Origin: Phoronis australis
Taxonomy: Eukaryota > Animalia > Phoronida
Length of the DNA stretch: 64,000 nucleotides
Direction of reading: 5' to 3'
Assembly: GCA_002633005.1 (NCBI GenBank)
Contig: NMRA01000183.1
Location: forward strand, 604,397-668,396
The notes under the pieces are model-generated. The model saw only the letters and a program-made list of their open reading frames with translations, made no database searches and was not told the DNA's origin. Numbering within the stretch: the stretch's first letter is position 1; each line of letters starts with the position of its first letter. The position numbers were made by a program, and so were the translations under genes. Of the stretch, positions 1-11,387 are shown piece after piece.

Positions 1-562
1 AAGTCGGGTTCCCATTCCACAGACCGTCAGGGCAAAGGTTGTACAGTAACAATAATGAATAATGTATTTGAATTTCTAAATAAAGATTCCCCTAACATGT
101 GACAATAGCATATAAAATCGAGTAATTGTTTCACAACAGATTTCTGTCAGCAAACACTGAATTAGCATGCGCTCACACGGCCTCGGTGCCCGGTCAGCTA
201 CCTTTGCTGTAGGCATCAAAAGCCGGTAACACAGTGGCCGGTTTGTGCATTGCTGGCTTCTCAAAACATTTTCACTCACGAGCACTCCAATGCATTACAA
301 ATTGTATCTAATGAGACAGGCTTTGTTTCAGTTTCATCTAAGCATTGGTTAGGACCATTTTAGGATGAGTTCATTTTCAAACAGAACGCAGAATGATATA
401 TGACAACTCGCCCGGCGCCAATCCCGACGTAGTCAAGAGCTCATCCGACGAAGACTTCACGGGTCGGATCGTTAGGTTTCACAGGCTATCAGTTCGAACC
501 GGAATACACTAATCAAGAAATACTAGAGAGGCGCCGTGAACATACATAGGCAACGGAACGTA

Positions 563-811
563 TGGATAGTTCTTTGGTAAGCCGGAATTCGTCAGAGAAA
601 TTACTGTCGACGAAATGCCGGCCACAGACACGGAGATGTTTCACACGGCCTCTTACTTGCTATTAACAGCATACCTTTCATTCTTCGCTACCGCGAGCCA
701 CTTCCTAAGCATTTCGGGGTCTCGAGGAAGTCGAAAAAACGATATACCCACTTTCTTCGCATCTTCATAGTTTGGACAAGCGGGAACCCATGCACCGCAA
801 TATAGCGGCAT
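563..811 (-). pseudogene. Decayed THAP zinc-finger coding fragment (transposase N-terminus-like)
   Basis: Manual translation from ATG 811 gives MPLYCGAWVPACPNYEDAKKVGISFFRLPRDPEMLRKWLAVAKNERYAVNSK*, then after stops and a frameshift KHLRVCGRHFVDSNFSDEFRLTKE. It shows the THAP C2CH pattern with the conserved P, W and C-x-x-HF. Not in the ORF track because each piece is <60 aa. Confidence 0.75.
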
Positions 812-2409
812 TCACTCTGCAGACGAACCACTGACGTGGCTGCGTCGCTTCTCACTTTCCTCATAGGTTAACGCGACACCTCTCGGCAAGGTGAGGTCGA
901 CCGTATAAGGGGCGATGTGAATATTGACTGATTAAAACGGTAAAAACGACTAATTAAATCGGGTGGCATTAAATCGGGTAAATACCTTCTGTGAAAATTG
1001 CTGCTTTTCGCGAAACTTTTTTGTTTTTTCAGATATAAAGTTTGTTATCTGAAAAGAAACGCAATAAATTGGGAGCAAAAATGTTAATAACTAGGAAAAT
1101 TCATGACCCTGAACTTCACATCACTCGTTCAGTCTTGTTTATTTCAGTTCTAGACATCCAGGATAGACAATCGTCCTCACTGGCTCACGGCCAGCCCGGT
1201 TTTCTCACCGACGCGTTTTTTAAATTCTTTTCTTTCGAATTCAATTCTTTGTCATCACCTACTTTTCGTTTCACCACTGACGATGTCAGAAGACACGAGT
1301 TGCACGTCAGCGTGATTGACTCTGTTTAGCACGTGTTTGGGGGCAATGTATCAAATCTGAGGTTAGTGAGAAAATAATTGTATTCGTTTGAACAGAATTG
1401 CAGCAAAAGAGTCTGTGTGGGCGGGATAAAAGTACCCGGATATTTAGTGTTTTGTAATATTGTAAAGTGACGGACAAGTGTGTATTAATTGCAACGTTAC
1501 GATGCTTCATGTTTATACATTTAAAACTCATAAGCACGGTTGCGCATTACGTCCATTACTCTCCTGGGAAAAGCATTAACAAAATGACGAAACACTATTG
1601 AACGTCGCTATCAGTCCATTTGCGTGTTAGTGATTGCAAGGGCCAATAATAAATAGCCCCTTACACAAAGCGTGCATGCACTCAGGCACTTGAAGTACAC
1701 AAATATGATTCGCACACCATTTTCAGGAAAATTTATCTGTTTCTTGAAAGTGGTTTATGTCAGAATGGAAATATCCATGACATATCACTGCGCCAATCGG
1801 ACGCTGTAGTCAGATTGGGAACACCTGTGAACGCGTAGGCGTTTCGATTGTTGGTGTTCCTTAGTAAATAGGAAAAGGGGTTTCAAGTGTTATTCCATAG
1901 AGGTTAATTAAAAAAATTCTTTCAAAGTGAATAATTATTCCAACGAAAATACTAGAGGTTTTGGTAAGCTGCTCGTCCTCGTCAAAGATCACTGTACTGT
2001 CGAATTTCAAAGTAACTAGTCAAACAGGCGCTCTGGACATCGTCTGAAAATAGGAATTGGTGAGCAGCATGACGTTCCAAGAGCGGAGAAGCTTAGTGAA
2101 ATATGCAAACACTTTGAAATTGAAGACAAAATACATTTATTGATTCAACTGTCCAGTACTAAAATATATAAGATCAAATTTTCCCAGAATTACCCGGACA
2201 CCATACTGACATTGAAGACATTCAAAACAAACTTCAGCAACCTTTTAAAAGACTATCTCTATTTATATAAAAGCCTGTGATTTCAGACAGGAAATACTTA
2301 CACTGTAAATGTGTAAATATGTGTATATGTATTGAACATCTGATCATGAAATTGCCATCTATATTAACTATTGTAATCTAACATGTAGAAATGAGCTTAA
2401 CCCCCTCCC

Positions 2410-2410
<1 letters not shown>

Positions 2411-2457
<47 letters not shown>

Positions 2458-2611
2458 GTCTGTCTGTCTGTCTCTCNNNNNNNNNNNNNNNNNNNNNNNN
2501 NNNNNNNNNNNNNNNNNNNNNNNNNNNNNNNNNNNNNNNNNNNNNNNNNNNNNNNNNNNNNNNNNNNNNNNNNNNNNNNNNNNNNTCTCTCTCTCTCTCT
2601 CCCTCTCCCTC
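2411..2611. repeat. (CT)n/(CTGT)n microsatellite spanning a 109-N assembly gap (2477-2585)
   Basis: Directly visible. Confidence 0.95.
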
Positions 2612-2918
2612 AAGTAACTGAATTGCCCGTCGTTGGTTCCAGCATTTCGCCCTGTTTACAGTGTAACTGGCTATAAAAACGAAACCCAGTTAAAGCCTTG
2701 TACTCCGCACCCCTCATCAGATTTCATTCTGTTACCGACAAGTACACCGGTAACTCATAACAACCTTCAAAGGAAACTTTGACCATTATACGTTTGAGAA
2801 ATAGAAAATTGCGCATAGACGCATTGTCTGTGGCATAAGTTTTGAACAGAAAGAAAAGCTTATGACGATAAAGAATGTAACGAGGACGAACATATGACAC
2901 ACACCTAGCTTATGCTAA

Positions 2919-2990
2919 ACACATAGTTCGAGCTAAGCACATAGTTCGAGCTAAACACATAGTTCGAGCTCAACACATAGTTCGAGCTAA
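2919..2990. repeat. 18-bp tandem repeat, 4 copies (ACACATAGTTCGAGCTAA)
   Basis: Directly visible near-identical units. Confidence 0.9.
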
Positions 2991-3488
2991 GCGGGGAGAC
3001 AAGCAGCCTTTACATTGGAACATGCGCATGCACCCGCTGTCTCGCAAAACTACTTCATATGCACACATCGTTCTGTTGAGATGAGATCAATAGGAACACA
3101 CATAGTAAATGCCAACTACTCAGTTACAAATCATTTAAAAATACAAATGGCGCAAAACCGTCACCCACTACGTTTGGACGAACAGACTCACTATCCACAT
3201 GAGAGCGTGACTGTTCATGAAATAAGTCCGTTGCTAATATTGTAACTCAAGGGTTCATTATCCGGGGTTTTTAGGGCACGTCCGACAAAGGCATTTTCGG
3301 ATCATAGTTTGATGGGACAGACTTAGCTTTAACGAGAGCTATAAAACAACATCATTTTGTATTTGACAACATCATTTTGTATTTGTGGTTGTAAGTTGCC
3401 AATTCTCTTCATTTCCTGCCATACATCCGCACAAAGCAAGACCGGTGTCTTTTCTTATGAATACGATTAAAACATTCTGCCGTGTAAC

Positions 3489-3560
3489 GCGTAGGATTTG
3501 GTTCAACGGCAGAATAGTCGGCTGCTATTGCGGAGCTAGCGAGTTCGATTCCGCTCTACT
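3489..3560 (+). mobile_element. tRNA-derived (Gly-like) SINE head or tRNA pseudogene
   Basis: A-box-like TGGTTCAACGG and B-box GAGTTCGATTCC at tRNA spacing. Resembles tRNA-Gly (TGGTTCAGTGGTAGAAT...GGTTCGATTCC), but the stems are degenerate. Confidence 0.5.
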
Positions 3561-4256
3561 GTTAGTGTCTGGAAAACTACTTCTCTTCCCATGCATGCCC
3601 CCAGTTTAACTGCTTTCATAGATGAGTCCAGTGGTTTGAGAGAAATGCTAAATCTTGCCATCGCAGCAATAGCTTTTCAGCCCCAAGATTGTCATGTTTT
3701 TAACTTTCATGTTATCCTGCGAAAATGATTTCATTGCCACCCCCTACTGTTGCGTGAAATTATTTCCAGTATGACACAGATCTGCTTATGCCTTGCGCGA
3801 CTTAAAAACAGCTTAGAAACCATGTGAAGTGATTTTCTCTTATCTTCTCAGAACCAGTATTTACATTGAATAGTCTACAATTAATTTGTATTTTGCAACT
3901 TGCAGTCATACGGGTTTGCTCTCATGAGATTGGTTTCCACGACAACAAGAGGATGTCAGAATCTTAAAGATAGCTTTAAAAGCTCATAAAAGATCAATGA
4001 ACTACGTGTAGCACAGAAGGCAAATGTAACCAACGCAGAGTCGTGTGAGTTTCACTGACATTTCACTAAAGTATGGGTACGTCCATACATGGTCAGTGGA
4101 ATGGGATTTTTGTAACAAAAATAGGGACAGTAGGGTATGCTAAACACCTGTCAACAGTACTACGATCTGAGTGTTGTGAGAAATATGCAATCTTGTTTGT
4201 ATTCGTATTGTTAAACATGCATAGCATGTCTCGTCTCCTGGATTTGTTATTAAGAA

Positions 4257-4262
4257 TTTATT
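4257..4262 (-). promoter_or_regulatory. Candidate polyadenylation signal for AOX
   Basis: AATAAA on the minus strand about 105 nt after the AOX stop. Confidence 0.35.
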
Positions 4263-4367
4263 TAGATAGACTTTAACGATACAGCGCTGTTTTACTTTGG
4301 CTCGATAGCAAGCTATATAAGGAAAGGGTTGTGACAAAATCAATTACGATTTCATTTCTCTCCGTTT

Positions 4368-5468
4368 CTATCCACCTTTCTTTTGCTCACTTTTCGTGGT
4401 AGCTGAGACTTCACTTTTTGATTTCTGTTCATCTTTAATTTCATCGTTTTCCGAGCTCTTTGTGACCTCCACCTTGTTACTGTCCCATATCTTCATCGAT
4501 GGTTCGTAGAATGGGTTGACATCGTCTACTTTTAACGCAGCGAGCACGTGATTAACTTCTCTGTGATGATCTTCGTCTGCTCGGATTGCTAAGATTACGT
4601 CCTTCAATGTAGCTGTGGGCACTAACTGCCAATAGCGAATAGCAATATCTGGGGCCGGCACTGTTTTCCAATGAGTGATGGAACTTTTTTCGTTTTCAAT
4701 GTCCTCGAGGCACTTGGTGTACGTCTTAACGGCTTCTTCCTCCAGGTAGCCAACGAAACGATGGCAATAACGGGGACTAATTAGATATAGCAGACTGAAT
4801 GCAGGCAGCCAGAAAAGTTGAGTTGCAAATACTATCACTTTGAATATAAGCCCCGGTTGCTGCACTTCCATGGCTGTCATCAGATGCATACGCTCATTTT
4901 CAGCCTCTTGCAACAAGGTGTGGATCCAACCGTGATCCTTTGTCATTGCTCGCAATGACTTGAGATGTCGCATCATGGCTCCCACCATCCCGGGGACGCC
5001 GGCCACAGTTTCCAAGAAGATAACACGGCGAATCCACTTTTTCTCTGTTCGTTGACCTACCACAAATAATGACACAATGTCAAACCCGTTGCGTAACAGG
5101 ACGATGTTCCAGTAAGCCAGTCTATCCATCACGTTTTGCGGATCTCTGTGCGTTGGTTGAATTGAGTTGGTTTCCTCATCCGTCCATATTGGATGTGGTA
5201 GAGTTATGGTCGCTTCGTCGTATTTCTCACCTTTGGATTTAAAATGCTTCAGACTGGAGGGATTTGCAACAACGCTGTAGTCACCTTCTTTGAACCTTTT
5301 CACTGTCTCCTCCTCATTGGACCCAGAGGCGAAGAATCTTCTTGGTATTTCAAACTTCGGGCTCACGTGATGACCATACAAGTGTTTAAAAGAGAATTGT
5401 CTGCCGAAACCAGTAGAAGCTAGAGATACAAATTGTCTGTAACGGAGCATTCGAGCCCCAAAAGCCAT
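4368..5468 (-). CDS. AOX: Mitochondrial alternative oxidase (ubiquinol oxidase), 366 aa, single coding exon
   Basis: All four di-iron carboxylate motifs are present: LETVAGVPG, EAENERMHL, GYLEEEAVKTY and RADEDHHREVNH. The N-terminus is Arg-rich and acid-poor like a mitochondrial presequence, and there is an NPF motif near the C-terminus. Confidence 0.97.
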   Translation of the reverse strand: MAFGARMLRYRQFVSLASTGFGRQFSFKHLYGHHVSPKFEIPRRFFASGSNEEETVKRFKEGDYSVVANPSSLKHFKSKGEKYDEATITLPHPIWTDEETNSIQPTHRDPQNVMDRLAYWNIVLLRNGFDIVSLFVVGQRTEKKWIRRVIFLETVAGVPGMVGAMMRHLKSLRAMTKDHGWIHTLLQEAENERMHLMTAMEVQQPGLIFKVIVFATQLFWLPAFSLLYLISPRYCHRFVGYLEEEAVKTYTKCLEDIENEKSSITHWKTVPAPDIAIRYWQLVPTATLKDVILAIRADEDHHREVNHVLAALKVDDVNPFYEPSMKIWDSNKVEVTKSSENDEIKDEQKSKSEVSATTKSEQKKGG

Positions 5469-6130
5469 TTTAAAAACTCACAGTTCTGTCATTGCACGAA
5501 AGCGTCCTCTGTGTTTCGTCAACTTATTGTTTTGCGTAATCACATTGCATCGCATAAACGATGTCAGTGACTTGGTACGAGACCAATGGATTGCTGAATT
5601 GACAAAGCAACTGCAGGCATTGTCAGCCCAGACTGCCGATGAGGAGGACTGTTCTAAAACGGGGACGAACGGAATGGAGTAGGAAGGACGGTCCATCTGA
5701 CGGGAAGTACGGTCGATCAAATGGGAAGGATGAACCGATAAAAGAACATACTAGCATTGAAAAGGGCGGGTTGTGATGGTGAAGACAGACCATTTTTTAA
5801 ACTGTATTCACAGATTGCACTACTGAATGGCATTGTGGTGAACTAACCAGCAGTTAGATATACATGTACATGCTCATGTTGCAGACCGGGTTATTGATGA
5901 AGAGCAGTTCTCATAATGTCTCCATACATTTGTACTTCCGTCTTTACAACAATGGTCGCAATATTTCTACATGTTAATTTAGCCTGGTGGTGCCTGTTAA
6001 GTTAGCCCCAGAAAGTTGTATTTCCTGAAAGTTTTAATTGCCAGGTCACAAATGAAGCAATGACTATATCTAAACAACACCATCCTTCTACGGAGTAAGT
6101 TCCCACATATTAGCAGAATCATCGCGAACG

Positions 6131-6311
6131 GTGTACCTTCAAATCAACGCATTACTTGCAATGTCACCAGTGTACCTTCAAATTAAGTGCATTGCTTGCA
6201 ATGTCATCGGTGTACCTTCAAATCAGAGCTTTACTTGCAATGTCACCAGTGTACCTTCAAATCAGCGCATTACATGCAATGTCACCAGTGTACCTTCAAA
6301 TCGGTGCATTA
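6131..6311. repeat. 39-bp minisatellite, about 4.5 copies (GTGTACCTTCAAATC...TGCAATGTCACCA)
   Basis: Directly visible. Confidence 0.9.
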
Positions 6312-8120
6312 GTGGTAGAATATAAAACTACATAAAATCACTAATACCCTAATATCTAGTCTGTTGATATCCATACTAAACAAGTGACGAATGCAGATTT
6401 TCAACGTTTTTCAATTAACCGAGTACGAGAAGTGCGGTGTTACTTTGTTATAAAAAGGATGATCATGTAGGGATTATGCGGCAAATAATGGAAAAAATAG
6501 AACAAAAGCGCACCTCATTTTAGGATTACTTTTCGTCGAAATTCACTGGCAATGCTTACCCAAGACAATAGAATTGTTCCAATTTTATACAAATTTAAAA
6601 TTCGTCAAATTCTAGCTATCTCGTCCGCCAATAAATCCCCATTGACCTCCCACAGACCTTCCGCACATTGAAGTAAAAAGATAACTAAAAACAATAATAA
6701 AATTTATGAAAAAATTTGGGTGAGACCCGTGAAAATACATAACTAACGTGGAAAACAAAGTTTTGTTACTCCTGGTTCATTGGGACTTAGATGAGGCCAA
6801 AATTGAATACCAATTATCATTTACCAAATTAATGAAGTTTAAATCTGTGACATGTCCTAAGTTGATCAATTGCAATGCTCCAATATTTCAATAGTGTGTA
6901 TAAGTGTAATAAGAATTGTTTGAAGGTTGATTTTTGTAAAAGTAATCAAATATTGACACCTATTATTTATTCATGGAAGAGGTATTGTTCATGGAAAATC
7001 CTGTTTATTGCTTAAAAGTTGGTTTAGTAACGAACTGCGTTTTTTGGAATTGTCTGGGTAAAATGCACACCAACAAAACTCTATAGAAATTGTCGGTAAA
7101 ACGCACACCGGCAGAACCCTTTCTGTGGTGGACAAAGCAGTAAGCAGGACTGGTTCCAAAATTTGACATTTCGTGAGTTTTCCAAAACAATTTCAACAAT
7201 TTCGACACATATGGTTGGTAAGTTATATCAACATGTGCCCAACATAATGATTTTGGTTGTTTGATATGACAGTGTCTACGACAAGTAATACTAAATTTTA
7301 CTAAATGGAACTACACCAGCCTATATTTTCGCTATGACTAATGCTTTTTAGCTTCAATAGATTTTTCCTGGTCTTATGACTGTTTATGGTGATGAGGGGC
7401 CGAAGGTTGTACATGTAAATTAATATATGACGTTTCCTTAGAGAATGGTAGTGTCTTCCTACAACCGCACTGTGTTTTTTTTTGAGCTAGCATTTCTCGT
7501 TTTGAGTGCGTAGGGTTTATCCAGTGTGAGACGATCAATTGATGCAAGTCCGTGACTGCATGTATTTCGCCCTATTTAGATGGTAAGAAGGAAAATAGAA
7601 TTGAAACGTTTTCTTTCTTTAAATTTTCTCGAACCATCTCTCGCCCAGATTGGAGTCCATTCCCAGCTCAAGTGACCCTACAATGCTCACATGCCACATT
7701 TTCCAATTCGCAAATTTAGCGTTGGCCAAACTCAATAAACTCTGAAGCGTTTTCTTCAGTCGCTGATGGTTTCGATGCTCTTGTTGGCAACTAAAATAGA
7801 TTCCTATCACGGTAAGTAATATTGTTATGACATCGATTTTATGAGACCTAATTCGATTTCCGTTTTTTAGCCATCTAAACATGGCAAAATGCAGTTTTAT
7901 ACCAGAAGTAAGGTCAATCGTGCCCGTATCGTCAGATCGTCTGAATTTTTAATCATCTTCGCTTTAAACATGATAATTAGCATATTTAACAACGTTTTTG
8001 ATGTTGAATGAACGATGTTATGTAAGTTTTCTAATTTGTTCTTCCTTTGCTCTGTTGATTCTATTCTGTGCATGAGTTTCGATCGCGCCATTTGCATCGA
8101 AAACATGAGTTGTTCCATTG

Positions 8121-8431
8121 CTTTGTACTTTCTTATAAGCTTTGTCCAGGTTGCAAATACATGTATGTTATCTTTGTACTTTCTTATAAGCTTTGTCCAA
8201 GTTGCAAATACATGTATGTTATCTTTGCACATTCTTATAAGCTTTGTCCAAGTTGCAAATACATGTATGTTATCTTTGTACATTCTTATAAGCTTTGTCC
8301 AAGTTGCAAATACATGTATGTTATCTTTGTACATTCTTATAAGCTTTGTCCAAGTTGCAAATACATGTATGTTATCTTTGTACTTTCTTATAAGCTTTGT
8401 CCAACTTGCAAATACATGTATGTTATCTTTG
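8121..8431. repeat. 51-bp minisatellite, 6 copies
   Basis: Unit CTTTGTACTTTCTTATAAGCTTTGTCCAAGTTGCAAATACATGTATGTTAT. It explains the repetitive ORFs on both strands. Confidence 0.95.
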
Positions 8432-10133
8432 ACAACAGAACAGCTGCTTACAGGTTAACGGGGGCGGAATATCATTATATAAACGAGTTGCCAATGTCAA
8501 TTAATCTGCATTTTGTCAAAGAAAGTGGCCTACAGCTACCATATGTTCAAATAGGCGCTTGAAATCAAGAAAAATAAAACCGTGCGTGGTTAATTAATCC
8601 AGGCAGATTTATTTTGTTTTTGTCCATGATATGTCGGTGGTTAGTCAGACGATACTTCGTATGATCATTACACTGCTGTATCTACAGTGACTACGGCGGA
8701 TGTGTATGCATGCTGACATTTCGTTCGTTTACGATTCCCCTTGTGTGCATGCCTGTGCCAGTTACCTCGTGCCAGTTTCTTGTGTGCTCAGATACAGGTA
8801 GAAGATAGTGTAATATATGTGAGCTGCAGTGGGCGCCACATACCGGAGTCATAATACGTGAGGTGAAGGTGTCGCTTGTTTTGAGTCTGCCTTCGACGGG
8901 AGGTTGATTCAACTCCTGGCCGCAACTTTATGCAATAATACTCGCATTCAAACGTCGCTCGTGCTATAATTATTGGCGTTTTACGTCACACCTACCGAGC
9001 AATCCAGGAAACTGAAAGGAGCGGGGGAGTATAACGTGTTGCGATCGCCGCATAAAGACCACAGGCAATTTGTAATTCTTAGACAGTTCGACCTTTTAAG
9101 TCTGGAATCTTTTGAGAAGGCGACTATAACAACTTCACCTTGGATCGCCTTGGATTTAGTACGTCACCACATGCTTATAATACCTATGGTCTTAAACCGA
9201 TGGTTTTGACCTCGGCACCCACACACCAACAACGGCGCCGGTGCACAGGCACGAACACTCACAGCAGCTCATGAGAACTCTGAATACTCTAATGTAAGCT
9301 ATTTTATCTAGTTCATAATGAACAGAACACTGACTTTAACAATACATGCCATGGCCAGGTTACCAAAACAAATAGGCATTGTTGAAATCATTCAGTATTG
9401 ACCACACTAATTAAACCTTAAAGTAAAACTCTAAGGAAACCATTTTAAAAGTGATCATGACGTCACTAGAAGGGCATTCGTCCAAGCCGTGTGCGTCAGT
9501 GTTGTATCGTAATGTCACACTTGAACGTTAACACAAAGAGTACAAGGCGGGGCCCGGAGGCGGGACTGCGGGCGGTTGGGTCATCATATGTTTGAAGATA
9601 GTGAAAGTATTGTTATTGTCTTGAGTAAAAACATCTCAAGCAATAACAAACTTGTAGTTGTTTGGAGATCACTTTGGCAAAGGGACAGAAGTTGAGTCCA
9701 ATTTCATCATCAGCGGTGAGTTGACTAAATTAAAAAATTGTTTTTGTGATAGAAGTCGGGTTTAGTGTACACGTACGTGTATTGGCTTTACTGTTACGAA
9801 ATATGTATACGTACGTGTATTGGCATTACTGTTACGATATTGACGGAATCGAACTCATTTTACCTGTCTTCACGATTTTTTTCAGATTAACTTTTGATTT
9901 TGTTTAATAAGGTCAATGATAAAATATACGCCACGCTAATTCAGAGGCTGTTTACACCAAATACCCTCTTTAGTTCAGATTGTTGAATAGCATTTTTCAA
10001 TAATCGTTCTTTTTCGGCACCTTTATTCTCGGTTAGCCATTTATTGTGTTTTTTTGCAGCTGAACTCCCGTAGGTGGAAGTGAAATCATTGATGGTATTC
10101 GTGCATTCAGTAGCTTGTTCGATGTGCCAGTCA

Positions 10134-11387
10134 TAGACCGGCACCCCAGAGCACTTAGCATAGATGAACGAGGTACCAACATCTGACCACGGGAGCATTT
10201 AAAGACCACCTCAGTATGTACGGAAATGGACGTCTGCCGTTGTCTGCACTCTGGGTGTGACCCCTGGGGGCCTTACAATGAGCCCAAAAATGAGCTAGAC
10301 TAGATATTCCACGTACCAACCAAAACTGATTTAAAACGAACAATAGTACCGCACTGAACACCGAATGAAACATGGCAGACAAATTGCACTCTGGAATGGG
10401 TCCGGCAGAAACCAAAAAGAACCCCCCAAAATGAGCTAGCACCAACGCCAGAAATTTGTAACATTCTTGATCCGCTAGGTGACGCTTAGCGCCATGTCCC
10501 TAACCAATCATAACAACGCATAGTAAGGTTAAGGGNAGAAACCCCCAAAAATCTCAACCATGGTATGCCATCAAACATTTGAGCTACACTAGATTTTCGA
10601 GGTACCGGCCAAAACTGATTTGAAACGAACAATAGTACCGCACTGATCATTGAATGACCCATGACAGCCAAACTGCACTCTGGAATGGGTCCGGCACATG
10701 AGAAACCAAAAAAAGACCCCTAACTAAAACAAGCTAGCACATACATTCGAGACCTCAAAAAGCAATTACATGAGATTCAATGCACGTCACAGGTCACTTA
10801 ATGCCCTATGACCGGCAGACAAAATACACTCTGGATTGTGCCTGGCAGAAACCCTAAAAAATCTCAACCACGGTATGCCATTTTTGAGACAGATTTTCAA
10901 GGTATCGGCTTAAACTGATTTAAAACCAACAATCGTGCTGCACTGAACACCCAATGACCCGTGAAAGATGAATTTTACTCTGGAAATAGTCGGCCAGAAA
11001 CTCAGAAAGGACCTTAAAAATGGAGCTACCGCAGGAAAAAAAACTAATTATAGAAAACTTTCGTTCACTAAAGCCTGTGTTTACTCTCATGATCACTACA
11101 AGCGAAAAGCAGACGGGTGTCAAGATGTAAGACAGTTAACTCCTCTAGTGATAAGTTTTTGAAGAAATTTTTACATGATGTTGAAATTCATTGTAGTGCA
11201 TAGTGTTTCCAATGTTTTAGTTTCGCTCATTTCCTGGGCCCTTTGTAAGGTCCCCAGGGGTCACACCCAGAGTGCAGACAACGGCAGACGTCCATTTCTG
11301 TACATACTGAGGTGGAATCTAAATGCACCCGTGGTCAGATGGTGGTACCTCGTTCGTCTATGCTAAGTGCTCTGGGCCGCGGGTCTA
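10134..11387. mobile_element. Non-autonomous DNA transposon, about 153-bp TIRs, TAG..CTA termini, 3-bp TSD (Academ-like)
   Basis: 10134-10286 is the reverse complement of 11235-11387. TCA flanks both ends. Degenerate internal subrepeats near 10300, 10590 and 10890. Single N at 10536. Confidence 0.85.

Noticed and set aside
2368-2621. ORFs with RE/SL repeats
   Set aside because: Translation of a (CT)n microsatellite and an N gap.
7897-8562. Three overlapping ORFs with 17-aa repeats
   Set aside because: Products of a 51-bp minisatellite (a multiple of 3). No splice or homology support.
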